Below, in pieces: positions 29,502 to 39,605 of a DNA stretch of 64,000 nt. The stretch spans positions 352,001 to 416,000 of the forward strand of contig JAWAKK010000001.1 of the NCBI GenBank assembly GCA_038887515.1. Reading direction: 5' to 3'. The position numbers were made by a program, and so were the translations under genes. Each line of letters opens with the position of its first letter. Position 1 is the stretch's first letter. This DNA comes from Candidatus Nezhaarchaeales archaeon (lineage in GTDB: Archaea > Thermoproteota > Methanomethylicia > Nezhaarchaeales > WYZ-LMO8). Under the pieces are notes generated by a model that was not told where the DNA came from, did not search any database, and saw only the letters and a program-made list of their open reading frames with translations.

Positions 29502-30150
29502 TCTTCTTTAACCTGTCTTCAAGCTCTTTGTAGGCTAAAATCCTTTTTACCTGAAGTTTCAGCTTATCGAAGTTCCAAGACCCCCTTACAATTCCTCGAG
29601 CTCTTAGATTATTTATTTGGCACCATATGTCTTGGACTGTCAACTTAAGCTTAGAAGATGCTTCCTCCATATCGCTCGACGATGCTATGGCTTTCAGCAG
29701 CTTGAGGTCTCTCTTCGTAAGCTTCTCCCTGTACGGTAGAGGTATCAAGCAACCTAGCTCGTCTACGGAGTCCTGTAGGGCGGCTTTAACTGCTAACTCC
29801 AGTTCCTCGACTTCGAGGAGCATGTAGTACTCCGGTATCGTTAAGACCCTTACGTTAAGCTCTCTAGCTACAGTCTCAGCTGCGGCATCGGCAAAGCCTT
29901 TACATATTATTAGGGGCTTCATCCCCAGGAGGAGGGCCCCCGTATAAGCTTGCCTAATATCGCTCACGTTTGCTTTGCCTGCCTTAACCTCGACTGCGTA
30001 GAGGTCCCCTTCAGGGCTTGAAGCTACTATATCGACTTCCCCCACTTCAACCCCATCCTTAACTATCTTCTTCCTAGCGTCTAGGACCTTGAAGCCTATC
30101 TTCTCTAAGATCCCTACAGCTACCCTCTCGCTACTTAACCCTCTTTTCAA
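29437..30150 (-). CDS. PD-(D/E)XK nuclease-fold protein (Mrr/RecB-like) with C-terminal HTH and coiled coil
   Basis: SERVA..GEVDIVA..AVEVKAG..RQAY motif. Confidence 0.7.
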   Translation of the reverse strand: MKRGLSSERVAVGILEKIGFKVLDARKKIVKDGVEVGEVDIVASSPEGDLYAVEVKAGKANVSDIRQAYTGALLLGMKPLIICKGFADAAAETVARELNVRVLTIPEYYMLLEVEELELAVKAALQDSVDELGCLIPLPYREKLTKRDLKLLKAIASSSDMEEASSKLKLTVQDIWCQINNLRARGIVRGSWNFDKLKLQVKRILAYKELEDRLKKIEGRLDKIEQLLEDIKRKMDA

Positions 30151-30161
30151 GCCTCACCGAC

Positions 30162-31379
30162 CTAAAACAAGTTCCTAGCAACCTTCAACGCTAACATCGG
30201 GTGCTTCATCAATTTCACGGCAACCTTCAATGTATCCCATCCGTTTGCTAGGTTCACTACGTCGTCTCCACTTAACACATTGGCTAGCATGTTTAGCTCC
30301 TCATCTTTAAGTTTCTCTATAGCTCTCAGCGCCTTAAGGCTCCTCCTTATCCTAGAGCCCCAAGGCTCCTCGTACCTTGAAGGATACTCGGAGAGGGCTT
30401 GAAGCGAAGCATCGCCCTTAACCACTGCTCTGCCAGCAACTTCGCCGCCTATCTTTCCAGCAGCTATCGACGAGTGTATGCCTCCACCAGTTAGCGGTAT
30501 TACTTGACCGGCTGAGTCGCCGCACAGCATTAGCTTATCGGCCACTATGCCCTTGAGCATGCCTCCTACGGGGACTGCCGCAGCCCCGAAATCCACCACC
30601 TCAGCTTTCTCGAAGAGGTCTCGATGCTTCTTCACGAAGGCTTTCAAGTAGTTTATTGCTGGTCCTCCCCATCTAACTCCTAAGCCTACGTTAGCCACTT
30701 TATTGCCTCTTGGGAAGACCCAAGCGTACCCCCCCGGCGCCACGTTGTTGCCCACGTAGAACATGAGTACGTCGTTGTAGGGCAGGTTCACATTTTTCAT
30801 CCTGTACTGGACACATGGTATGAGTTCGTAGTTACTTCTATCGAAGAACTTTCGGGCAACGATAGACGTGTAGCCTTCACAGCCTATCACTAGCTTAGCC
30901 CTAACCATCAGCTTCCCGGCACCTCCACAAGCTCGGCTAACAACCCCGTCATCTACAAGCTCCACGTCATCAACCTTAATATTCGTCAGTATTTCAGCTC
31001 CACAACCTACAGCCACCTCAGCCATCCTCTTAAGGAACATCTTCTTATCTATGATGTAGCCCTGCACCTCGCCTTCACTCACAAGCCTAACTTTCTTAGT
31101 CTCATCAGGAGCGTAAACCTCAAACCCTCTTATCTTCTCTAAGACGATATCGCTTGATGGTGGGAGCTCGGCAGTTTCAAAGCACGCTGATGAAACGCCT
31201 TCTCCACAAGGCTTCAAGCCGAACGCCTCTTTAGCTTCTAGGAGTAGGACCTTAGATCCCTGCTTAGCAGCGTACCGAGCAGCCATCAGCCCTGCAGGGC
31301 CGCCACCAATCACTAAAACGTCGCATCGCATCTCCCTGCTCATACCTATCCAGGAAATATCTCCACATAAGGGTAGCAT
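30162..31379 (-). CDS. Geranylgeranyl reductase family (digeranylgeranylglycerophospholipid reductase-like)
   Basis: GGGPAG FAD motif, PCGEG, APGGYAWVFP, GDSAGQVIPLTGGGI. Confidence 0.9.
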   Translation of the reverse strand: MLPLCGDISWIGMSREMRCDVLVIGGGPAGLMAARYAAKQGSKVLLLEAKEAFGLKPCGEGVSSACFETAELPPSSDIVLEKIRGFEVYAPDETKKVRLVSEGEVQGYIIDKKMFLKRMAEVAVGCGAEILTNIKVDDVELVDDGVVSRACGGAGKLMVRAKLVIGCEGYTSIVARKFFDRSNYELIPCVQYRMKNVNLPYNDVLMFYVGNNVAPGGYAWVFPRGNKVANVGLGVRWGGPAINYLKAFVKKHRDLFEKAEVVDFGAAAVPVGGMLKGIVADKLMLCGDSAGQVIPLTGGGIHSSIAAGKIGGEVAGRAVVKGDASLQALSEYPSRYEEPWGSRIRRSLKALRAIEKLKDEELNMLANVLSGDDVVNLANGWDTLKVAVKLMKHPMLALKVARNLF

Positions 31380-31680
31380 TAATTGTTTACCCTTAATGAA
31401 AAAGGGCCTCTTCTTTGAGCAACAGCCTCAAACTTTGACGTATTCAAGCTAAAATCTCTAGGTCTCTTGGTTAATAGGCTTCACGTCGTGAATTGATATG
31501 GCTTTACGAGCATTTTATTGGCATTGAGTACTTTAGCTAACGCCGGTGTAAACTCGTATCTAGATAACCTTCCACTAACTAAATATGTGATTCCCGTAGC
31601 CTTTGTCAACCAGCCTAGCATTGTTTATGCTAACTGTCGATGTACTCCTAGAATTGTGTGAAGTAAAAAAAAGTTGTAAG

Positions 31681-32352
31681 TTATCTTTTCCCTTTTGGAA
31701 GGTACTTGGAGATTACTGATGCAAATGATGGTAGGGTTCTCGTCTGGATCCATATTCTTCCGGGTCCCGTCGTTTCTATTACTAGCCCTTCGCCCCCGAA
31801 GAAAAAGGTCTTCAGCCCACCTAGTTTTCTTATTCTCCATTGAATCGTTCCATCCATGGCTACAAAGTGCCCATTATCTACTGTAACCCTTTCACCAGGT
31901 CCTAGTGATATCTCCTCTATTGCACCATAACTGTTCACGAACACCAGCCCTCTTCCACTTGCTTTTAGCCAGAAGAGCTCGCCTTCAGCTATTAGCCCTT
32001 TTAGTCCCCTCCAGCCTACTGATAGCTCTACTTCGCCTACGTGGGCTAGGTAGCTTGTGTCCTGTATGAAGAGTTCGCCGTTGAGTTCTATTGCGGCGAT
32101 GTCCCCTGGAACGCTAGGAGCTATCCATATCTCGGTAGGGGACCTTGCAGTGAAAGAGTTGAAGAAGAAGCTCTCGCCTCCAGTAAGCATTCTGGCAATG
32201 CCCGTTGAAACGCCTAGAGAGCTTGTTGATATTTGTACTTCTCCTCTATGCAACATGTATGATCCAGGCTCTACCACTATTGATTCGCCCGGATTGAGGA
32301 GAACCTTCAATGTAGAATATGCAGGTCCCTTCTCAACTCTATATTGAACCAT
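31681..32352 (-). CDS. AIM24/TIGR00266 family protein
   Basis: TGGESFF, APSVPGDI, YGAI, VDNGHFVA, GGEGLV, GPGRIWIQTR. Confidence 0.9.
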   Translation of the reverse strand: MVQYRVEKGPAYSTLKVLLNPGESIVVEPGSYMLHRGEVQISTSSLGVSTGIARMLTGGESFFFNSFTARSPTEIWIAPSVPGDIAAIELNGELFIQDTSYLAHVGEVELSVGWRGLKGLIAEGELFWLKASGRGLVFVNSYGAIEEISLGPGERVTVDNGHFVAMDGTIQWRIRKLGGLKTFFFGGEGLVIETTGPGRIWIQTRTLPSFASVISKYLPKGKR

Positions 32353-32546
32353 TGAAGCCCCGTACTTTCTGTAATGCTACATTCTTAAAAATTGTTTGAT
32401 TAACGTTTACGTTACTAGGAATTGATGGTACCTAAAAATCGAAGATAGCGCATTCCACTACCACAATTTAGCGAGCTCTACTCGTATTCAGCACGTGAAG
32501 CTGGCGTTTGCAGACTTCTTTGTTTAAAGGAAATAATTGGTTGAGT

Positions 32547-32687
32547 TTAACCCATCATCTCTTCTCGCTTCTTAGCTTCCTTCATGATCCTCTTTGACCA
32601 CTCCTTTAATATGTTGTCCTCTTCCTTTTTGACCTCTTCGCGACCTGCCTTATTTAAGCGCTCCTTAGTTTCTGGCAGCGTAACCAC
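32547..32687 (-). CDS. Possible 46-aa charged small protein (not in ORF track)
   Basis: GTG at 32687: MVTLPETKERLNKAGREEVKKEEDNILKEWSKRIMKEAKKREEMMG; codon style fits the host. Confidence 0.35.
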   Translation of the reverse strand: MVTLPETKERLNKAGREEVKKEEDNILKEWSKRIMKEAKKREEMMG

Positions 32688-32746
32688 CCTTCATTAACTT
32701 GAGAGAAGCAACCACATAAAGCTGGCGTCCAAATTATTGCTTTTAA

Positions 32747-32990
32747 TTAGGGGATGACTTTTACACCAATCTTCATTGCTACTTGTTCTTGCCTATGATC
32801 TAACGTTAGGAGTGGGGCCCTACTTCGTACGGCTTGAGCTATGTATAGAGTATCGTACACCGTCACGTCATAATCTAACGCTATTTTAAGGCGTCTTTAA
32901 GATACTTTACTTCAGGCTTCACGATCATGTTCTTTTCACGATAAGGCTCGAAGAGGTCTGCAATTTTTATAGCATCCCCACGCTAATCAT
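32747..32990 (-). pseudogene. vapC: VapC (PIN domain) toxin remnant, frameshifted and 5'-truncated
   Basis: ..EVKYLKDA / LKIALDYDVTVYDTLYIAQAVRSRAPLLTLDHRQEQVAMKIGVKVIP stop; typical PIN C-terminal YD..Y and LLTLD motifs. Confidence 0.7.
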
Positions 32991-33480
32991 GATTCTCATC
33001 TCTACATACCATATAGTCTATCAAACAATAAACCTTCGAGGTGTTAAGTTACCGTCTCCACGCTATGAGGTGATTGGACAAGATAGCCCGCTGATCGAGA
33101 TTTTGAACCCAGCTCTAGTAGGCTTAGAGCTCACCCCCTCTACTAGCTTCCTGGATCTGCTAGCTAGTGCTAGGTTGGATCTTCAGAGAGTTCGGCTTAT
33201 TGGTAGTATTGAAAACAACTGATAAGATGCTCAATCTAATGGGGGTCTTCGATTTCCTCAAGAGCGAGCGAGGATGTGTGCTCTACGATTAAGGTCCTAG
33301 TCAATTATAGATGAGTTGCGAGCGAGATCGAGAGGTACTGGCTTAAACCTTTGAATATGGAGAGCGAGTTTCGGATCAAGCTACTAAAGCCCACATATCA
33401 TGACCTCTCCACGGCTTTACTCGGCATCGCGCTCTTATATTGCCTCAGCATATCTTTAGTTGAACTTGTAGGGGTAGTGG

Positions 33481-34638
33481 TTGTTGCCAAAGATATTCGC
33501 GGATAAGGAAAAACTCTCCCCTTCATATATACCGGCTAGGCTACCGCATAGAGAAGCCCAGTTGAAGACTCTGCTCGATCTAATTGATGTCGAGAGGGTG
33601 AAGGAAACAGTTTACCCCAAGTACATTCAGGTGATCGGTCCAATAGGGTCTGGGAAGACCTCGTCCTGCATTAAGCTTGGGAAGCTGTTGGAGCAGAAGG
33701 CTTTGAGTAAGGGCTTAAACCTCAAGTCGATATACGTGAACTTAAGGCTTGAGGGCTCCTCTAGGTTTATGGCCTTTAAGTCAATGGTTGAAAGGGTTGC
33801 ATTTGAAGCTGTTTCTCGAAGCCTGAGCCCAGACGAGGTTTTAAAGCAGTTTATTGAGACCTTGAAGGCTAGGAAGTTAATGGCTTTAATAATAGTGGAT
33901 GAGGTGGACTTTCATGTTAGGAGGAGCAAGGAGACCGTGGTCTACGATCTGACTAGGCTCCATGAGCTCACTTTAGGTGAAAGCCCCAATGTTTTAGGTA
34001 CAATATTCATAGCTAGAGACCCTGATTGGGTTAATCTCCTTGACCCTGCTGAAAGGTCCACGCTAGGGAACATTAAGGTTCTGTTTCCTCCTTACTCGAA
34101 GGCTCAGGTCTTCGACATTCTTGAGTACAGGGCATCTGAGGCCCTAGTTCCAGGGGCAGTATCCCACGAAGTGCTGGACTTCATATCGAGTATAGTGGTT
34201 CAGCCGCCTAGGAACGGTGATGTTCGCTTCGCCCTAGACCTGCTCCTATATAGTGGAGTTTTAGCTGAAGAGCAGGGCTTTGATCGTATAACTATAGACC
34301 ATGTGAGGAGCGTCTATGGCAAAAGTGTGGATTCAATTTTATTAAGCGACTTCGAGGAGCTGTCGATAGAGGAGAAAGTGTTGCTATTGGCGACTGCTAA
34401 GGCTCTATTTTCGACGACGTCCCCCTACGTTGATTTGAGCGGCGTTGAAGAACAATCAGTCGTGTTGCTTAAGGAACTTAAAGCTAAAGTAGACCTTCGA
34501 ATAAGCGAAACGATAAAGAAACTTAGCGAGAAGGGTTTTGTTGAGTTAAGCGGTAGAAAGGTGGGGATCCTACTGGGACCTCTATGTAAGTTGATAACCA
34601 TACTAGAAGACCTAATTTCAAGGGAGGTACAAAGGTGA
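33481..34638 (+). CDS. cdc6: Orc1/Cdc6 family AAA+ replication initiator
   Basis: YIPARLPHRE, GPIGSGKT, IIVDEVD, FPPYS..ILEYR, GDVRFALDLL, C-terminal winged helix. Confidence 0.9.
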   Translation: MLPKIFADKEKLSPSYIPARLPHREAQLKTLLDLIDVERVKETVYPKYIQVIGPIGSGKTSSCIKLGKLLEQKALSKGLNLKSIYVNLRLEGSSRFMAFKSMVERVAFEAVSRSLSPDEVLKQFIETLKARKLMALIIVDEVDFHVRRSKETVVYDLTRLHELTLGESPNVLGTIFIARDPDWVNLLDPAERSTLGNIKVLFPPYSKAQVFDILEYRASEALVPGAVSHEVLDFISSIVVQPPRNGDVRFALDLLLYSGVLAEEQGFDRITIDHVRSVYGKSVDSILLSDFEELSIEEKVLLLATAKALFSTTSPYVDLSGVEEQSVVLLKELKAKVDLRISETIKKLSEKGFVELSGRKVGILLGPLCKLITILEDLISREVQR

Positions 34639-34913
34639 CCGAGCACCCAATTGAGGTAGCATTGGGTAGTGTTGGTAGGCTCAGAATACTAAAGTGTCTC
34701 CTCTCAGCTTCTAGGCCATTAACTAAGTATGCTATCGAAAAGGCGACTGGGCTCAAATCCGTCGACGTTAAGAGGGACCTAGAAAAGCTCACTTCGATAG
34801 GTTGGTTAACGGTGCTCAAAAACCCTAGATCCCCAGATAAATATGTGGTGAATCGAAGCCTAGAGGAGATTAAGGCATTAGAGGCCTTCTTTAGAGCCGT
34901 AAACTACGTTTAA
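34635..34913 (+). CDS. Small winged-helix protein
   Basis: LGSVGRLRILKCL..LTKYAIEKATGL..DLEKL; overlaps the cdc6 stop. Confidence 0.7.
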   Translation: MTEHPIEVALGSVGRLRILKCLLSASRPLTKYAIEKATGLKSVDVKRDLEKLTSIGWLTVLKNPRSPDKYVVNRSLEEIKALEAFFRAVNYV

Positions 34914-34994
34914 TATCTTCAGTACCCCCTCCCCCACCCAGGGTATTTCACGACTTATAAAGCTGCGGCTCTCTATAATGTTGGAGAGGTTGAG

Positions 34995-35945
34995 ATGGCT
35001 TACGACTACGATTTAACCGATATAAAAGGTGTGGGCCCCGTAACTGCCGAAAAGCTTAGAAACGCGGGAATAACTAGCGTTGAGATGCTGGCCGTAACGC
35101 CTGTAAGAACTTTAATCGAAGTCGCCGGGTTAAGTGAAGATAAGGCTCTAGAACTAGTAAAGGCGGCAAGAGAGCTCGTCCAAATAAAGTTCATGAAGGC
35201 CTCCGAGTACTTAGAGAAACGTAAGCAGGTCGGCTTCTTGACGACGGGCTGTAAGGCTCTAGACGACCTCCTCATGGGTGGAATAGAGACCCAAGCGATT
35301 ACAGAGCTCGTTGGCGAGTACGGCGTCGGAAAGACCCAGCTTTGTCATCAGTTATGCGTAACTGTACAACTACCTAAGGAGAAGGGAGGACTCAGCGGAT
35401 CAGCGCTATACGTAGATACTGAGGGTACCTTCAGGCCTGAGAGGGTACTTCAAATAGCTGAGAGATTTCGTTTGGACGGTGAGCGAGCCCTAGATAACGT
35501 GGTTTACGCTAGAGCTTACAACAGCGACCATCAAATGCTGATAATTGAGGAAGCAGCGAACATAATTAAAGAGAACAACGTGAAGCTAATCGTAGTAGAC
35601 TCCTTGATAAGCCACTTCAGAGGAGAGTACTTGGGGAGAGAGACTTTAGCCATCAGGCAACAGAGGTTAAACAAGCACATCCACCAGCTTTTAAGGCTTG
35701 CAGACATATACAACCTAGCCGTCGTGGTAACGAATCAAGTTCTAGCTAATCCAGAAGCATTCTTCGGTAACCCGCAGAAGCCGGCAGGAGGCAACATATT
35801 AGCTCACGGATCTACGTATAGGCTGTGGTTGAGAAAGGGGAAGGAGAATAAGAGAATAGCAAGGATATTTGATTCGCCGAAGCATCCGGAGGCTGAAGCG
35901 GTGTTCACAATTACAGATAAAGGAGTAATCGATGCAGAGGATTAG
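34995..35945 (+). CDS. radA: DNA repair and recombination protein RadA
   Basis: HhH N-terminal domain, [36 protein letters not shown]; no intein. Confidence 0.97.
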   Translation: MAYDYDLTDIKGVGPVTAEKLRNAGITSVEMLAVTPVRTLIEVAGLSEDKALELVKAARELVQIKFMKASEYLEKRKQVGFLTTGCKALDDLLMGGIETQAITELVGEYGVGKTQLCHQLCVTVQLPKEKGGLSGSALYVDTEGTFRPERVLQIAERFRLDGERALDNVVYARAYNSDHQMLIIEEAANIIKENNVKLIVVDSLISHFRGEYLGRETLAIRQQRLNKHIHQLLRLADIYNLAVVVTNQVLANPEAFFGNPQKPAGGNILAHGSTYRLWLRKGKENKRIARIFDSPKHPEAEAVFTITDKGVIDAED

Positions 35946-35947
35946 CC

Positions 35948-36829
35948 CTAGATCAGGTTTATAGATGGCTTAAGGTCAAAGGGAGGCCTATGGGGGCCAT
36001 CTTCCATTACAACTGCATAAAGAGCTTTGGGAGGGGTCAAGTCGAAGTATAGGTTGAATGGTTCTACTCTGCTTATCTTGCTTAGAATCTCCTCTCCTTC
36101 TTTTACTTCGAGCACTACGTCTTCGACTCGCGCTTCTACGTCGACTTTAATAGATTCGCAAAAAGTTACATTCCTTAGCCCCATATCAGCTAAAGCTAGA
36201 GCTATCTGCGCGGTCCCAACCTTGTTTACTACGTGTCCGTCTCGGAGAATAGAGTCGGCTCCAAATACGAAGACCTCTACATCGAATATCCTCGACGCTT
36301 GATTCGCCGAAGCATCGACGATCAGCTTGACCTTATGACCCATGGAAGCCAATTGCTTAGCCGTAGCTACCCCTTCGCAGCGAGGTCTTGACTCCGTCAC
36401 TAATACGAACTTCTTATCGCTCATGGCTTTAAAGAACTCTAGGACTGTTGAGCTCAAGCTATGAGTTAGGAACACATTATACTCCTTTAAGAGCTCGGTA
36501 GCCTTCCTAGCGACTTCCATCTTTGATTTCTCTAAATAATCTTTGAGGTCCTGCAGGGCTTTCAAGACCTCACTTAATAACCTTGACTCTTTAAGTGACC
36601 TCTTCACGACATTAGATGAAATAATAGCCGTATTCTTCAATGAGGTCATGCTAGGTCTTACCCGTTTAAAGGCTTCTACCAGTAGCTCTTGCTCCTTCTC
36701 GAGATCGGCTGAACCCCACAAGTTTTCTGCCAAACACTTAAACGCATCTATAGACCTAGAAGCCAACCACAACGCTCCGTGCTCTCTATCGTTCCTGACT
36801 TCATCTAATATTGATAGCCACTCCTTCAC
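35948..36829 (-). CDS. aIF-2B/eIF2B alpha-beta-delta family protein
   Basis: HGA, RPSM, LTHSLSSTV, ESRPRCEG, GADSI, NKVGT, FDLTP. Confidence 0.85.
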   Translation of the reverse strand: MKEWLSILDEVRNDREHGALWLASRSIDAFKCLAENLWGSADLEKEQELLVEAFKRVRPSMTSLKNTAIISSNVVKRSLKESRLLSEVLKALQDLKDYLEKSKMEVARKATELLKEYNVFLTHSLSSTVLEFFKAMSDKKFVLVTESRPRCEGVATAKQLASMGHKVKLIVDASANQASRIFDVEVFVFGADSILRDGHVVNKVGTAQIALALADMGLRNVTFCESIKVDVEARVEDVVLEVKEGEEILSKISRVEPFNLYFDLTPPKALYAVVMEDGPHRPPFDLKPSINLI

Positions 36830-36954
36830 AGTAGTAAATTAACAGACACGCTCACTTAATTCTACTAGCTTCAGACTTGTACTATGCGACTTTCAAAAAC
36901 TATATGGAGGTTTTGTCACAAAAGTTCCTGACTCGCCACTTAAGGTGAACAACT

Positions 36955-37615
36955 TTGCTTCCATCCATCTACAAGTGCAATATGTGTGGTGAATACATCG
37001 AGGAAGAGGAGCATTGCTCGTTACTAGCAAAGCACTCACTGGAGCATGCACCCGACTCTGTGGGGTTAAAGTCAAGTGAAAATAGTTGGGTAATGCTTAG
37101 CGAGCTAGTAACGAAAATTAAGCATCACAAACCCCATTATAGTTGGTTGTCTGAGGACCTCATAAAGCTGTTGCCATCCTAGATCCTAAAGGAAGATTCG
37201 AGCTGCGAAGGAATTTCATAAGGGCTAGGCATGGGCACTCAAAGAAGATTAAAGTTAAGGTGGAGTACCAAGAAGATCAAGAGATAAAAACCTTGTATCA
37301 TGGTACAAGCATCTCGAAGTTAGATGCCATACTTAGAGAGGGCATCAAATCCATGAGCAGGGTAATGGTTCACTTAACATCATCAGTTCAAGATGCATCG
37401 AGGTAGCTTTGAGGAAAAGTTAGAAGATTGTGATATTTGAAATAGATGCAGATAGGCTTAGGCAAGAGGGCTTCAAGCTGTACAAGGCTAGCAGCAAGGT
37501 GTATGTAACGAGCTACGTACCTCCTTCAGCGATTAGAAAGTATGAGTTAATAACCCTTAGCCGATTTTCGACTCAGTTTTACAACTTTTTGAGCGAATGG
37601 GTAACGTTATTATAG
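36955..37615 (+). pseudogene. kptA: RNA 2'-phosphotransferase KptA/Tpt1 pseudogene
   Basis: Across three frames: CNMCGEY..HC, LDPKGRFE..IRARHGHS, LYHGTS, VHLTSS, IDADRL..YKAS..YVPP; frameshifts near 37165 and 37397 and in-frame TAG at 37421. Confidence 0.85.
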
Positions 37616-38412
37616 GGCTCTGTAGAACTAGGGTACCGAGTAAGAGGGTTTTCATCGTGCCATTGCTCGAAATTATTGACCTGCATGCAGAGGTTGGTGA
37701 AAAACAAATACTTAGAGGAATAAACCTCAGCATAAATGCCGGAGAAGTTCACGTGCTTTTTGGACCTAATGGATCTGGCAAGACAACTCTCATAAATGCC
37801 ATAATTGGGAACCCCGCCGTCAAGATCGTCAAGGGGAAAATAATGTTCAAGGGCGTCGACATAACTCGATTGCCAACACCAGAGAGAATCAAGATGGGCA
37901 TGGGCGTAGCCTTCCAACACCCACCCAAGATTAGGGGTGTAAGGCTACAAGACCTCTTAGATGGGATGGCTAGCAAGATTGGAAGCAAGGTGGACGTGGA
38001 GAAGGCTGCTGCTCTTGTTAAGATGAAGGAGTACTTGGATAGAGAGGTTAACGTTGGCTTTTCAGGTGGTGAACTCAAGAGATCCGAGATACTTCAGCTT
38101 CTAGTTCAATCGCCAGAGCTTCTTCTGCTAGATGAACCAGACTCCGGGGTTGACGTTGAGAACTTAACGGTCATAGCCAACGCAATAAACGAGCTCTGCG
38201 AGCTCAACTTAAAGCCGAGCATGAGGACTAGAGCTGCTCTAATAATCACCCACTTAGGGTACATCTTGAATTACGTTAAGGCTGATAGAGCCCACGTGCT
38301 CTTCAATGGCAAGATAGCTTGCTCTGGAAAACCTAACGAGATACTGAAGCAGATAATGGAGCACGGATTTGAGAGGTGCCATGAATGCCTTCAGGAACAA
38401 GGAGTCAAATAG
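37597..38412 (+). CDS. sufC: Fe-S assembly ABC ATPase SufC (SmsC-type); likely start GTG at 37657
   Basis: GPNGSGKT, REVNVGFSGGELKRSE, LDEPDSGVD, IITH, C-terminal CHEC. Confidence 0.92.
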   Translation: MGNVIIGLCRTRVPSKRVFIVPLLEIIDLHAEVGEKQILRGINLSINAGEVHVLFGPNGSGKTTLINAIIGNPAVKIVKGKIMFKGVDITRLPTPERIKMGMGVAFQHPPKIRGVRLQDLLDGMASKIGSKVDVEKAAALVKMKEYLDREVNVGFSGGELKRSEILQLLVQSPELLLLDEPDSGVDVENLTVIANAINELCELNLKPSMRTRAALIITHLGYILNYVKADRAHVLFNGKIACSGKPNEILKQIMEHGFERCHECLQEQGVK

Positions 38413-39605
38413 AGCAATTAAAGAAGAAGGCTGAAGAAACTTTAACCAAACCCCCTGCTTTCGGGCCAGACTTAGACCTCTCCAAGTACAGGTATGAAGT
38501 CGAGAAGCCGAAAGACTGGCTCACAGAAGATCTTATAGAAAGAGCTGAGACCGTTGGAATCGACTTACGCGAGAGGGAGAGATCAGGAACCTACCTACAG
38601 CTTGACCACTACTCAATAATCGAAAAGGCTACAGCAGGCGGCGTAGAAGTCATGAGCATAAGCAAGGCACTTGAAAGTTACGACTGGCTCCTCGACTACT
38701 ACTGGAAGGCACTAAGCGTCGACATGGACAAGTTCACAGCACTAGCAGAAGTTAAGAGAACTGAGGGTTACTTCATAAGGGCTAAAAAGGGGGTTAAGAT
38801 AGACCTCCCAATACAAGCATGCTTATACTTGAAGACTCCAAGGATAGCTCAGAACGTTCACAACATAATAATCGTAGAAGAAGGAGCTGAGCTTCACGTA
38901 ATAACTGGTTGCGTTACACCAAAGAAGGCTGAAGGGCTCCACGTAGGAGTTTCAGAGTTCTACGTTAAGAAGGGCGGTAAGCTGACCTTCACTATGATTC
39001 ACGGATGGACTGAAGAAGTTGACGTAAGGCCGAGAACAGGTGTGATACTTGAAGATGATGCCTCTTACACCTCAATTTACGTAAACTTAAACCCTGTAAG
39101 GACGTTTCAGATGATGCCTAAAGTGTACTTGGAGGGCAGGAATGCGAGGTGCTACTTAGCCTCAATAATAGCAGCCTCAAAGAGCTCCTATTTTGATGTA
39201 GGTGGAGCTACTTATTTAAGAGCCGAGAACACGAAGGCAGAGATAGTCTCAAAGACTGTGGCCAAAGATGAAGCTTACGTTGCTGCTCGGGGCTTCATCG
39301 TCGGCGAGAGGGATGGAGTTAAAGGACATTTAGAGTGTAGAGGGATGCTCCTTTCACCTAAATCAGTGATACTAGCTATTCCAGAACTTGAAGCTAGAGC
39401 TAGGGATGTAGAGTTATCACACGAAGCTGCTGTTGGAAAGATAGCGGAGGAGGAGATATACTACCTTATGGCTAGGGGCTTCAGTGAGGAAGAGGCAACC
39501 TCAATAATAATAAGAGGCTTCATGAACGTGGATGTGAAAGGCTTACCGCCAGCACTTGCACTACAAATTAAGAAGGCCTTGGACATTAGCGCAAAGAGTC
39601 TCTAG
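38385..39605 (+). CDS. sufB: Fe-S assembly scaffold SufB/SufBD (SmsB-type)
   Basis: PIQAC, ITGC, GHLECRG, SHEAAVGKI..YLMARGFSEEEA. Confidence 0.92.
   Translation: MPSGTRSQIEQLKKKAEETLTKPPAFGPDLDLSKYRYEVEKPKDWLTEDLIERAETVGIDLRERERSGTYLQLDHYSIIEKATAGGVEVMSISKALESYDWLLDYYWKALSVDMDKFTALAEVKRTEGYFIRAKKGVKIDLPIQACLYLKTPRIAQNVHNIIIVEEGAELHVITGCVTPKKAEGLHVGVSEFYVKKGGKLTFTMIHGWTEEVDVRPRTGVILEDDASYTSIYVNLNPVRTFQMMPKVYLEGRNARCYLASIIAASKSSYFDVGGATYLRAENTKAEIVSKTVAKDEAYVAARGFIVGERDGVKGHLECRGMLLSPKSVILAIPELEARARDVELSHEAAVGKIAEEEIYYLMARGFSEEEATSIIIRGFMNVDVKGLPPALALQIKKALDISAKSL

Noticed and set aside
32990-34995. Replication origin next to cdc6
   Set aside because: No ORB or mini-ORB repeats (TCCA..GAAA..GGGG type) found by eye on either side; the C-rich run at about 34925-34939 is single.
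34995-35945. Intein in RadA or Cdc6
   Set aside because: Both proteins are of normal length with uninterrupted P-loops.
37421-37423. TAG readthrough (pyrrolysine) or programmed frameshifting in kptA
   Set aside because: Several independent lesions including a deletion; decay is the simpler explanation.
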